The translations under genes and the position numbers were made by a program. Source: Phoronis australis (Eukaryota > Animalia > Phoronida). From it: 64,000 bases of DNA. Where the stretch lies: assembly GCA_002633005.1 (NCBI GenBank), contig NMRA01000251.1, positions 314,307 to 378,306 of the forward strand, in the 5' to 3' direction. Every line of letters starts with the position of its first letter. Within the stretch, counting starts at the first letter, position 1. Of this stretch, positions 39,201 to 48,650 are shown in pieces. Below the pieces are notes generated by a model that worked only from the letters and a program-made list of their open reading frames with translations, made no database searches and was not told the DNA's origin.

Positions 39201-42200
39201 TAAGTGAAGTGTGTTTGCCTTAAGTACAAAGTAATGTCTTGCGGTCTGCAAAACTCGGCCCTGATTAGATTGGCCTATAGCACTTGTGTTTGTGTCTTCT
39301 AGAAATCCCAGTTACAGATCACAGTCAAGGAGCTGAAGGAGAAATGTGAGGATGAACAGAAGCAGGTATTAACTTGACCTTAATTTGTCATGACTGTGAC
39401 TGACCTCTTTTGAGTATCAAAGTAAACGTCTGTGTCGAAGAAAAAATCTCCTTCTCAGAGGTGGATGGTGAAAATGACTTTCATCAACAACAATCTGTAT
39501 ATTCTAAATCAATTTATTGTCCTTTTAAGATAGTGAACTATAAGCGGCTACTGACTGTTGTGATACAGAGTATGGCTGTCATGTCTCTGTTCAGCATCGA
39601 ATATGGGTCATTTAGCTGGTATTTTATGCCTGTTAAAATTTTTCACCAGTGTAGACATCTCTGAACCATACATCTTCATTATGTTTGAATACTGTTCCAT
39701 GATTAACTGCACTGTTCAAAGACACAAATCTTCAGTTGAATGTGGCTTGATGCAGCTGCAAAGTCATTCTTGTTGATCTGTGACATTCATTGCGGTTCGT
39801 TCTGGCATTAAAATGTTTAGCCTTCCCCCGCTGCTTCGTGGTGCAGTGGCATTGTGTGGGCGTGTGTGTCAATAATTTGAGTTGCTGTGGTATTGGTTTA
39901 CGGTAAACATTCTCCAGACTGGGACAGTCTCTAAGTTTTGGGACACGGAAATTCAAGCTGAAAGTGAGTTTTCTCGAATCTGAAGATTGGGACATGAGCA
40001 ATTTTGGCGCTCATCATATTTTTAAAGTATCTAACACTGTGTTTTGTATCTACAGTCAGATAATAGACATTTAGTTCTTAAAACTTTCGGAAATAGTCGC
40101 AAATGCAACATTCCCGTGCGTGTCCTGATAAAGTGTTACGTGAATTGTTCGTTTGTAGATGATCTTAGTTCTGGAGTTTAGGACCACCAAACAGTTCTAA
40201 AATTTGGTACAACCTATGACCTTGAGCAAAATAATGAACTTTTTTGCTGTTTTAAAATGAAGAATTTTTGCCTTTAGTATTTTAGTTGAGGCTATGTGTT
40301 TGCTGTGGTTTCAGGCACTTTCACCGTTTTCAGTTTTTACTATGCCGCATGCAACATGTTCTTAATTCACTATAGTAAAACAAATGTTGGTATAGGTTTG
40401 TTTGTTAGCACACTCACTACTATACTCACTTCTAGCTGCCTGATGTCATAATTTGTCAATTTCATTGTCGGTGTCTAGAAATTATTTGATTATAGTTAGG
40501 CCTAATAGTTTCTTGGTGTACAGATTGGCATAATCTTTCACTGTACTGAATGATACACTTGTCTTATGAGGGGAAGCAAACAGTTTGGGGCCAATTTTTA
40601 GTTTCACAAAATCTGTGTATAGTACATTTGGGCTGGGTTGCTTAAAACTTCAAAATTATCCGCGGGATAAGTTTGATTGTTGCATGACGTCAAGCGCATT
40701 GTTCAACAATGACAACATGGTGCGTGATAATGCAGTGTCATTGTTGCTATGCAGCGTATAACTTTTATGCAACTGGGCCCTGAATGGGGTCTACTTTTTG
40801 TTATTAAATTTTAAATTCGGATTCAGATTTCCTCTCCAAATTTTCATGTGTGCCGCCACGCCAATTTCCATGACAATTTCTACAGGTGGACAATCTTAAA
40901 GGCCAAATCACCAATCAGGAAAAGTCCATTCAGGATCAGGAGACAAAACTGGAAGAAATGAAGTGTGAACTGGGCAGCCTGAAGACAGAAGAGTCCAAGT
41001 TGGAGGAACAGGTGGAGACAGGACGGACCCAGCTAGAAACACTGGCCAAGTCCATTAAAGATACACAGATTCAGATTAGTCAGGTGAGGAAATCTCTATA
41101 CAAAAGCTACAAATTTCTGTTATTTGTAATAAAAACATTTTAATTGGGCTTCATAGTGCAGATATTTTATATTATTTACACATTTACCACTGTTTCGTTT
41201 TATGGCCCAAACACCCATTCTGGGCATTTTTGTGTCGAATACACCCACTTTTACTTCAGTTAAATTGCTTTCACTTTGTACTTTTAGCAAAGTAGGTCAT
41301 GATTCCTGGTGGTCAGGAAAACCACCAAGAATTCATTGATTTACTTGTCGAGAATGAAGAAAAGCTACCTTAGATTCCATGGTCTAAGTTTTTTTTCTCA
41401 TTTGGTGCATCGGACACGTGATTGATGACAATTTCAGACCAAGGCCAAAGTGCAACACTTACAAGACACTCAGCGAAGTCTTCACCAGAGCATAGCACAG
41501 TATCAGGGTCTGTTGAACGGCGACTCAAATGCTTCTGAGCCTGTCCCAGTGGGTGATGCATCTGATCTGTTCAGTACTCAGGCCACGGTAGGTTAGAATT
41601 GTCTGTGCGTAAACAGGCTGCTTACTGGGGTCTGTCTCATGAAATGTAACTAATAATTAAGACTTAAGACAGAAGTTTGTTGTTACGCTCCACATATTAA
41701 CTAATTGTGAACAAATATTTGATGTTGACTTTTGCAAAAGAACAACTGAAGGTATATGAGAATAGCGCAAATAACTGTTACTTGCTGAGAAAATTAATAA
41801 TTTCCTGCCAGTAATGTGCTAAGGTCTGTTCCAGTAAAATCTGTATGGGAGGGGGGAAGGCACCTTTTTTTCGCACCCACCACCCATATTTTTCATTTAT
41901 TTCTTCAGCCTACCACCCTTAATTTTTTATAAGTTTGAAATGCAACCACCTGTATTTTTTTGTTCTTGTGGTTGACTGCGCAGGCGTTTGAGTTTATCTG
42001 TTCCTCCATCACCACTAACGTCATTCATTACTAAGAAAACATATGTTTCTTATATATGGTTATTAGCCATCGAGAAATTCGAGCACCTGTGGTTAAATGG
42101 TGTTATGGGCATGCCGATGAGGAGATCGGAAGGAGTGAAAAAGTCGGAGCTTTTTGCAAGTTGCATTTTTGTTTCAGTTTTTGATTCTGTGCGGATTGTT

Positions 42201-45200
42201 TATAAAATTTACTAAAATTACCCACCATCAAACATTTATGGCCCTATGAAACAACAACGACCTGTAAATTTTTATTTTTTTTGAAGTACGACCACCAGCC
42301 ATTTTGAATTTATATCAAACGCAACCACCCATAAATTTTTATTTCAGTTGACTTCNNNNNNNNNNNNNNNNNNNNNNNNNNNNNNNNNNNNNNNNNNNNN
42401 NNNNNNNNNNNNNNNNNNNNNNNNNNNNNNNNNNNNNNNNNNNNNNNNNNNNNNNNNNNNNNNNNNNNNNNNNNNNNNNNNNNNNNNNNNNNNNNNNNNN
42501 NNNNNNNNNNNNNNNNNNNNNNNNNNNNNNNNNNNNNNNNNNNNNNNNNNNNNNNNNNNNNNNNNNNNNNNNNNNNNNNNNNNNNNNNNNNNNNNNNNNN
42601 NNNNNNNNNNNNNNNNNNNNNNNNNNNNNNNNNNNNNNNNNNNNNNNNNNNNNNNNNNNNNNNNNNNNNNNNNNNNNNNNNNNNNNNNNNNNNNNNNNNN
42701 NNNNNNNNNNNNNNNNNNNNNNNNNNNNNNNNNNNNNNNNNNNNNNNNNNNNNNNNNNNNNNNNNNNNNNNNNNNNNNNNNNNNNNNNNNNNNNNNNNNN
42801 NNNNNNNNNNNNNNNNNNNNNNNNNNNGTCCTCTCGCAAGACAACTGACCTTATATTACCGACTTCTCTTATACATGCACAATTTCTGCACGGACTCCTC
42901 AAGCTGAGTGCAGTGATGGCTTCGGTAGGGCTTGGCGTACTCAACTTAATTTTTTTGCAGATAGACAAACAGGCTCAGGCTCGGAACAGGAGCTAGTTTA
43001 CCATTTCACTACTAACTTTCAAATGGTCAAAATAGAATCGTTTTATTCTTGGTCTTGCTACAACACCAATATCAGCTGGTACATCACTCTCGATTGCCCG
43101 GTTACGCAATGCTTGTTGACAGGGTTAGATTAGAGCTAGTGTCCTTGTATATAAGCTTCGCCCCAGTTGTCAATCACTGAGCTGGTGAGCACTCAAGCCA
43201 TATGACTTACTGAGGCTTGGTCAAAGATAGCTAAAAAAACAACTTTGGATTTTCAGAATGATTTTATTTTTCTTCAGTATACTGTGCATCAAGAATTAAA
43301 GATTAGGATGATATGAAAATGTAAAAAACAGTCAAAATTAATTTTTTTGTGTATCCACCTACCTTAAGGAAGGTGATCAAGGCTGAATTGTTATGCAAAA
43401 TGCAAATAATTGGATTCATGTTATGATGGTTTTAAATCTTTCTTGAAAATGATCATCTGCGTCCATTTTCAGTTTATCTGCTGTTATTGAAAATTGTTCC
43501 ATTGTGGTTCTGTGCCTATTGTTTACCAACTTTTTTAAACTGAGACAACGTGTACCCACAAAGGCACATCCTCATCCACAGACTGAAATGTCAAAAAAAC
43601 AAGTCAGAGATGGTTCAACAAACGTACTGCTCATGGCCCGCTCCCCAGACACGGTGCTAATTGCAGAAAACCAGAAGTGATCATTTTCCTTGTTGAAATA
43701 TATTGTTTCTTCTGGTAATTGAGAAATCAAAACGAGTCTAGACATCAAAATTGAAATACATACTTGGACCAACGTAATAGTCATGTTTGTTGTGAACCCT
43801 GGATGTACACACAATCTCATTCAACAGAATGCTAATCTCCATTTGCAGTTCGGCAGCACCAGCCCTATCAGTACGCTCAGCGAGTTTAGCACTGGGTCTG
43901 AGGACCCCTTCAAAAATAAGGACCCGTTCAGCACCTCACAGGACGGTAGTAGTGACCCATTCCAAGGCGATGATCCATTTAAGAGTGCCGCTGCTGATGA
44001 CCCGTTCAAAGGCAGTAAGTCTGGTTAGGGAGGTGTCATAGTGCAGTCATGTAGTGAAGCTGCAATCTAGTGTTGCATCAGACTTTTAACTTCAGAGGAA
44101 GGAAGGTTTTTTTTAAACAAATTTCTCATTTGAAGCAAGATTTCTCAAAAAAAGAATTGCCACATTAAACTTTTAGCTTATTTGAGTTCCATTGATGAAA
44201 ATGCTGTTATATTGCGGCAACAAATGTTTGACTTTAATATTGCCAAATAATTCTGGCAGGAAATTCACCCATTTTTGGCAGAGTCTGGCCGAATTCTGTA
44301 AAAGTCTGTCTAGTTCATTTTGGAAATTAACTCAATTGCAGGAATCCTCAATTTGTTTGCAATGAACAGAAGTTACGAAACAGTTGAATCTAATCTAATT
44401 GCAAAGAAACAACATAGCAGTTTCTCTTACATCCTTCGCATGCTCCATAGAGGGAGCTCTTCTCATTCAGCTTCAGTCGTGCTCAACTCCTGACTGACAC
44501 AAGTTTCACTGCAGAAAACACAGATGAAACTTTGAACACTGTTTTCAACTGTTCATTAACTAACACATGTGATGTGTTGACAAGTCTTTGGTAAATGTGC
44601 TGGAGTTGCAATCAGCCGGTTACGTTTTGATGGAGACCAAACCAAAATTGCTCTTTGCCGTAAGAGTCTGTTGTGGCTTTTTGCTAACTTATGTGCTACA
44701 AAACAAACATTTTTATTCATATTCCAGAGTGTTTTTGTTACTAATAGACATTTCTGAGAAACCCTGTACTGACTTATACTGTTAGGAACGTGGTCCTGAT
44801 ATGTGAAATATGAAATGTTCTTTCAGTAATTTTATGTAGTAGTTAAGTAATACGCTTTTTGCTGTTCTACAGCTGACCCATTCAAGTCTAATAGTTTTGG
44901 TACTGACCCATTTGGTGGCTCAGACCCATTCAAAGACGCCTTTGGTACCACCACATCTAGTCAGTCAAACGATGACCCGTTTAAGGGTAGCGACCCGTTT
45001 GTGCAAGCCTTTCACACAGGAGGCAGCACAGGTAGTGCTCCAGGTGAGTGAAAAATTTGAAAAACAACACTCTCAATAAACACTAAGTTTTGGATGTTAG
45101 TTTTCTTAATAGTTTGTAACAAACGCAGTTTGTTAAGTTGCCTTTGAGCAGTTCTTTTTTATTGGAGACTTACAGTTACAGTTTTTTAAATGAGTGCTCT

Positions 45201-48200
45201 TGTGTTGTGAAATTTTGACCAGAGTATGTGTATCGCTGTGTTGTTTGTCTGATTTGTTTTATAACCAGCCCTAAGGCTTGCCGTTCTGGAGCTGTTGCTA
45301 GAAATTAGTGGACATTTTCTCAAAATGTGTCCCGATTGAAACACTTTCATTTCTTTTTTCAGACGCTGGAATAGCGAGAACATGAATTAAAATTTTGGGA
45401 CTTTTATCTACGGCAAAACTTACTCAATTGGGGGCGATGGTGCCGTTTTCAAAAGCATTATGGGATGGCAATGGGTTCCTCGGCATCCTGTGACTGGGGG
45501 CGATGGTGCCGTTTTCAAAAGCATTGTGGGATGGCAATGGGTTCCTCGGCATCCTGTGACAGCACAGATAACTTTGTGTAAACAATGTTGGAAAGCAATA
45601 TTGTCACTTGAGTGCACCAAAATTGAAACCACATATTCAATGTGATATGCTTTTGGTCAGTGCAAGTATGACAGAAGCAACCATTGTACAGAGGTGTATG
45701 GTTGAAATTGAGCTCCAAAATGTATGGAATTAATGCATAGATTTCCTATTTTTGCACCATCCAATCACATACTAGGTTATCAGTCAGATTACATGTAAGT
45801 TATCTGTTATGTGAGCAGGTGTTAATGAGCTGACGTCAATCCCAGAATTTATTTGGAAAATGACAGCAGCACCATTGGTGATAGCTTGCGAATTAAGTTA
45901 GCCTTCTCTTGGGACTATTTGCCAAAACTAAGTCGTTTCTGTTTCTCTACTTTCAGTTAATCGTACAGGTCTTTGCCTTACAAAACATTCTGTGTTCATT
46001 TCAGCAGCAAGTAACGATCCTTTCGATCCATTTGGCGGAGGGTCTCTGTTTGACTCTAACCCATCTATAACTGTAAATAAGGTAGGTCGTATCTGGATAT
46101 CTTGAATTGTGGACAACACAGTAATTATATACTTGCTGCCTCTTGCTACATTTGTTGTCATAGCAACTTATTGTCATGGTGATGTCGGGACTTGTGAATC
46201 ATTTATGATTTAATCATTATTCATGGTCTTCTTTCAGTTTTAGAAAATTCAATGGTTCTGTGCCTAATATGGTACAAATTCTCCAGTTTGGGATAGTAAA
46301 AATTAAGTATTTTGCTCAAGGTTGGATCTGGTACCAAATTTTAAATACTAGCCGTCACAAATTCTAGAACTATGATAAATGACAAACGATCATTAATCTT
46401 GATGTTAAATACAGTAACTATGGTTACGCAATGAAAGTGTTTCATCCGTGGCTTTTTTTCAACAGTTTTACTAATTGCCAAGTCTATTTTCAGACTCCGT
46501 TGTTACGAGACACTGTGTCTGATATTCGAGAAACACGATGAATGACGAAATCATCCATGCCCCAGTCTTTTGAATTAAGAAAATTAAATTTCGTCTTGAA
46601 TTTTGGTGTCCCAAAGTCTGGAGATCATCCCAAACTGGAGAAGCTTTACCGTTGTCATTCGGGACTTTGTCTCACAAAAGGGAGTTGGTAGCAGAGTTAG
46701 TGGGCACTTGCATACACTATCTGGATAAGGGTTTATAATGCTGAATACTGGCTGAAGCTGCGTGTCACACGAGCTGAGGTGGATAAAGCACCGCTGGATT
46801 CAGAATCTGGGCAGTAAAGTCTTAGTGTTTCGCATTGAAAAAGAACTGCGTTGATTAAATGATTTTCACCATTATTTGTGTAGCAAATAATAAATTGTTG
46901 CTTTCTTACACTTGTTGCCTGTGTGGGCCTGGGGTGTAATAGTGAAAGCTTAATGTGTTTCAGCCTTTGACATCAGCAGATCCATTTGGAGGTGATCCAT
47001 TTGCCCCAACACGGGCTGCATCAGCGCCACCTGTGCGGCCCAACCAACAGTCGCCGACACCGGCATTACCTCCAAAACAGAAGAAGACCGTTCCGCCGCG
47101 ACCCGCTCCTCCTCGACCGCAGAAGAGTCCAGTGGTGGAACGGAAATCACCGTCCGCTCCCGACCAGTTTGCAGTCTTTGAATCAGATCCGTTCGGCTCC
47201 AGTGACCCCTTTTCATCAACAACGCCCTCCTCCAATGACCCGTTTGCCGTCGGTGGCAGTAGTGACCCCTTTGGTAGTGCTTTATCTGGTGTTGGTAGTG
47301 GCGGCAGTGGTGGTGGGTCGGATCCCTTTGCCAACTTTGCTGACTTTAGCCCCTCCAAGGTGAGTCCATAGACTTCACCACCCTGACCTTCTCTCTGTGT
47401 CAACCTACAGTCTACTCTTCTTTTTCCTTTCCTGGTTTTATATTTCTAGCTCATGTTTTGGTCAGTTGGAAATTTCAAATCCCCACCTTTATTTTGCTCG
47501 GCTCAGTCATCTTTGAATCCTTCAAATTTCTGTTCGTTTTGAAGCAAAATCTGTAATTCCAGGTCGGTACCAAAATTTGGTAATTTAAGTGCTGTGATTT
47601 GGAATTTTCAGGGCCAAAAACCACCAAATTCGAGACTGGATTGGTAAATTGTCCAATATTGCTGCATGTCACGAGTAAATTTTTCAATTAGAGTGATTGA
47701 TTCATTTTTAATTGAGCATTGAGTTAAGTTTGGAAGACTTTTGTCAAAAAATATTTCATTTTTATTCTTGTTTTTTGATGGAGTCTTACCAGTTTGTAGT
47801 TTAGAAAGAAGTCTGCTGTCCTCTTGTTATCCGTTCTCTGGCACTGGACCTTTGTTACAACATCGCTGTCTTTTGCTTCCTAGTCTAGACCTGGTGCTTG
47901 TTTATTTAGCGTAGAACCTTGTCTGTTTGGCATAAGACATGATCACACTACTGCTAGAGCGTGCTAGCAAAATGGCCACCACTTAAAGTGATTGGACAGC
48001 TATGGCGGAATGCTGAATTGTGTCAGAAAATGGTAGGAAAACACTCGAATCACTCACTAACGGCATGTTTTGTATGAGCCAAGATTTCTTGCCGCAAGTT
48101 CTAGGTGTCAGTTACAAGAGGGTGTTGTTAACATGTGGTTATTCTCGGCAGTTTGGTGTGAGTGAAGACGACCAACTGGAATGGGCCAAGAAAGAGGGTC

Positions 48201-48295
48201 GGAAGCTGGAGATTGAAAGACAGAAGAAGCTAGAGCAAGAAAAAGCTGACTTAGAAATGGCCATCGCTTTGAGCAAAGCCGAGTCACAAGCTTGA
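12196..48295 (+). CDS. EPS15: Epidermal growth factor receptor substrate 15 / EPS15-like 1 homolog (spliced; 19 exons found, first ATG exon not located)
   Basis: Exons 12196-12240, 12504-12593, 14285-14428, 16508-16561, 17619-17702, 18210-18311, 19386-19577, 20019-20182, 22312-22468, 37276-37355, 37957-38128, 39303-39365, 40886-41083, 41438-41587, 43849-44014, 44873-45043, 46005-46081, 46964-47359, 48152-48295. All are AG/GT bounded with matching phases, total 2649 nt. Protein has three EH domains (KKSGL..IWDLAD; [33 protein letters not shown]; [16 protein letters not shown]), a coiled coil, 19 DPF motifs, [24 protein letters not shown] and two C-terminal UIMs, which is the known EPS15 architecture. 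Confidence 0.96.
12504..12593 (+). CDS. EPS15: EPS15 exon (EH1): [30 protein letters not shown]
   Basis: tacag/gtatga, 90 nt, EF-hand-like loop and KKSGL motif. Confidence 0.93.
13009..13377. repeat. Tandem repeat, about 127-130 bp x ~2.9
   Basis: cactttgagcaaaa.tgtgaagtctc.gagaatatacacaactgctgc at 13009, 13136, 13266. Confidence 0.95.
14285..14428 (+). CDS. EPS15: EPS15 exon (EH1): [31 protein letters not shown]...
   Basis: ttcag/gtgagt, 144 nt, EH signature IWDLAD..F.VAL. Confidence 0.95.
16508..16561 (+). CDS. EPS15: EPS15 exon (linker to EH2): [18 protein letters not shown]
   Basis: tttcag/gtaagt, 54 nt phase 0, PW motif that precedes EH2. Confidence 0.88.
16604..16937. mobile_element. 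Degenerate hAT-type MITE
   Basis: caggtgcggatctagg start, G/C runs, ccctaaatccg end; similar start cagtggcggatctagga at about 4404; no TSD visible. Confidence 0.45.
17361..17432. repeat. Short palindromic element (21-bp perfect arms), partial copies near 17864, 25765 and 27450
   Basis: ctggtctgcacgccacctgtt ... aacaggtggcgtgcagaccag. Confidence 0.8.
17619..17702 (+). CDS. EPS15: EPS15 exon (EH2): [28 protein letters not shown]
   Basis: cacag/gtaagt, 84 nt, KYD.IF.SL.P....L.GDKVKP motif. Confidence 0.95.
18210..18311 (+). CDS. EPS15: EPS15 exon (EH2): [34 protein letters not shown]
   Basis: catag/gtgaga, 102 nt, canonical EH2 EF-hand. Confidence 0.96.
19386..19577 (+). CDS. EPS15: EPS15 exon: [30 protein letters not shown]...
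   Basis: tacag/gtgagt, 192 nt, end of EH2 plus linker. Confidence 0.94.
20019..20182 (+). CDS. EPS15: EPS15 exon (EH3): [55 protein letters not shown]
   Basis: tgtag/gtgagc, 164 nt ending in phase 2. Confidence 0.95.
20183..21690. repeat. Degenerate minisatellite of about 42 bp (84-bp dimer) starting at the EPS15 donor site; length inflated by an assembly duplication
   Basis: units such as gaactgagttgaggctgtgtttgggggcttattgaatcctgt / aggctgaagtggaactcagtgagagaggttattttgttttgt. Confidence 0.85.
22312..22468 (+). CDS. EPS15: EPS15 exon (EH3): [23 protein letters not shown]...[10 protein letters not shown]
   Basis: ttcag/gtgggt, 157 nt, completes the split TG|G Trp codon. Confidence 0.95.
24825..24999 (-). 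CDS. FAM187A-like exon 7 (CW, TM helix, basic tail, stop)
   Basis: tttttcag acceptor completes AG|T Ser; [47 protein letters not shown]. Confidence 0.88.
24825..36776 (-). CDS. FAM187A: Nested Ig-like domain type I membrane protein, FAM187A-like (7 exons, about 432 aa)
   Basis: Minus-strand exons 36776-36541, 34671-34431, 33824-33672, 31330-31132, 30427-30289, 28914-28759 (allelic copy 26064-25909) and 24999-24825 splice in frame (1299 nt). Ig domain 1 ([32 protein letters not shown]), [28 protein letters not shown], Ig domain 2 ([32 protein letters not shown]), TM helix [19 protein letters not shown], basic tail and TAG. Family assignment is from recalled FAM187A motifs, not from a search. 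Confidence 0.85.
25909..26064 (-). CDS. FAM187A-like exon 6, second (probably allelic) copy
   Basis: Four nucleotide differences from 28759-28914 (DEGTY vs DEGIY); lies in a block duplicated across the N at 26998. Confidence 0.6.
26882..26997. mobile_element. End of a Tc1/mariner/pogo-type element inserted at TA (truncated by contig end)
   Basis: cacaTA|ccgtaatcg with four ttaa(c)cgccc subterminal repeats; empty site gattcacata|ttacg at 29730. Confidence 0.65.
28759..28914 (-). CDS. FAM187A-like exon 6 (Ig domain 2)
   Basis: ctccag/gtactt, 156 nt, phase 2-2, KWKN..GRVLID..DEGIY. Confidence 0.86.
30289..30427 (-). CDS. FAM187A-like exon 5 ([17 protein letters not shown])
   Basis: ctaaag/gtgagt, 139 nt, phase 1-2. 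Confidence 0.83.
31132..31330 (-). CDS. FAM187A-like exon 4 (GVPCRS..LCFIPCP)
   Basis: weak aaag acceptor / gtacat donor, 199 nt, phases fit both neighbours. Confidence 0.78.
31732..32125 (+). mobile_element. 5'-truncated non-LTR retrotransposon (ORF2 C-terminal CCHC knuckle, I/LOA-type)
   Basis: [35 protein letters not shown] followed by a short 3' UTR. Confidence 0.8.
33672..33824 (-). CDS. FAM187A-like exon 3 ([19 protein letters not shown])
   Basis: caatag/gtaaga, 153 nt; duplicate allelic copy at 32812-32964. Confidence 0.88.
34431..34671 (-). CDS. FAM187A-like exon 2 (Ig domain 1)
   Basis: ttctag/gtatct, 241 nt, W and DAGEYSC Ig motifs. Confidence 0.9.
35302..35534 (+). mobile_element. 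Left end of THAP-encoding DNA transposon (ISL2EU/Harbinger-like), truncated by contig end
   Basis: Sequence absent from the matching site at 36248; ATG 35408 gives [36 protein letters not shown] (THAP N-terminal half). Confidence 0.7.
36541..36776 (-). CDS. FAM187A-like exon 1 (putative signal peptide to first Ig Cys)
   Basis: ATG at 36776, hydrophobic [13 protein letters not shown], gtgag donor in phase 2. The 5' end is uncertain because caccag near 36731 could be an acceptor for an unseen signal-peptide exon. Confidence 0.75.
37276..37355 (+). CDS. EPS15: EPS15 exon (coiled-coil start): [26 protein letters not shown]
   Basis: tgcag/gtgagc, 80 nt, DF...KELD motif. Confidence 0.9.
37957..38128 (+). 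CDS. EPS15: EPS15 exon (coiled coil): [24 protein letters not shown]...RLDELDDK
   Basis: ttcag/gtaaca, 172 nt, phase matches previous exon. Confidence 0.94.
39303..39365 (+). CDS. EPS15: EPS15 exon (coiled coil): [21 protein letters not shown]
   Basis: tctag/gtatta, 63 nt. Confidence 0.87.
40886..41083 (+). CDS. EPS15: EPS15 exon (coiled coil): [24 protein letters not shown]...TQIQISQ
   Basis: tacag/gtgagg, 198 nt, heptad-rich. Confidence 0.93.
41438..41587 (+). CDS. EPS15: EPS15 exon: [29 protein letters not shown]...STQAT
   Basis: tttcag/gtaggt, 150 nt open frame, phase 0 at both ends. Confidence 0.85.
42356..42827. other. Assembly gap (N run) inside EPS15 intron
   Basis: 472 N. Confidence 0.99.
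43849..44014 (+). CDS. EPS15: EPS15 exon (DPF region, 5 DPF)
   Basis: tgcag/gtaagt, 166 nt; an in-frame alternative acceptor lies 21 nt upstream. Confidence 0.92.
44873..45043 (+). CDS. EPS15: EPS15 exon (DPF region, 5 DPF)
   Basis: tacag/gtgagt, 171 nt, phase 1-1. Confidence 0.92.
45429..45560. repeat. Tandem duplication 66 bp x 2
   Basis: tgggggcgatggtgccgttttcaaaagcatt(a/g)tgggatggcaatgggttcctcggcatcctgtgac twice. Confidence 0.95.
46005..46081 (+). CDS. EPS15: EPS15 exon: [26 protein letters not shown]
   Basis: tcag(cag) NAGNAG acceptor / gtaggt, 77 nt. Confidence 0.87.
46271..46650. mobile_element. MITE-like element with about 25-bp terminal inverted repeats
   Basis: ttctccagtttgggat ... 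atcccaaactggagaa. Confidence 0.6.
46964..47359 (+). CDS. EPS15: EPS15 exon (DPF and proline-rich): [15 protein letters not shown], 7 [16 protein letters not shown]
   Basis: tttcag/gtgagt, 396 nt. Confidence 0.95.
48152..48295 (+). CDS. EPS15: EPS15 last coding exon, two ubiquitin-interacting motifs
   Basis: ggcag acceptor; [12 protein letters not shown] and [15 protein letters not shown], then TGA. Confidence 0.95.
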   Translation, partial: FGVSEDDQLEWAKKEGRKLEIERQKKLEQEKADLEMAIALSKAESQA

Positions 48296-48650
48296 GCAAT
48301 GCCTAGTTGCAAACTTTTGTGGTATGCCGAGTAACTAGCTTGCATAGGACTGAGTCACAAGCTTGCGCAGGACTGAGTCCCTAGCTTGTACAGGGCTCAG
48401 TTACAAGTTTGAGCATGGTTGAGTCAAAGTGAAAAGCCTGTGGAAAGTTGGAGCTCAAGCTTGGGCAAGACAAAGTGATGAGCTTGAGAATGATCGAATC
48501 CTAAGCTTGTGTTAGGATGTCGGGGTGCACTTGTTTGAGCAATGCCTTGCCTCAAGCTTGAGCTGAAAAATGTCATGAGATTAAGCAAGGCAGTCACATG
48601 CTTGCCCAAAATTATCTTAAGCTTAACAGAGTATTGACATAAGCTTGAGT
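48271..48650 (+). repeat. Degenerate 23-bp tandem array spanning the EPS15 stop codon and proximal 3' UTR
   Basis: gagcaaagccgagtcacaagctt, gagcaatgcctagttgcaaactt, gcataggactgagtcacaagctt, gcgcaggactgagtccctagctt ... Confidence 0.8.

Noticed and set aside
48271-48650. CRISPR-like appearance of short repeats (also 20183-21690)
   Set aside because: Units abut without unique spacers, are highly degenerate, there are no cas genes and the context is eukaryotic
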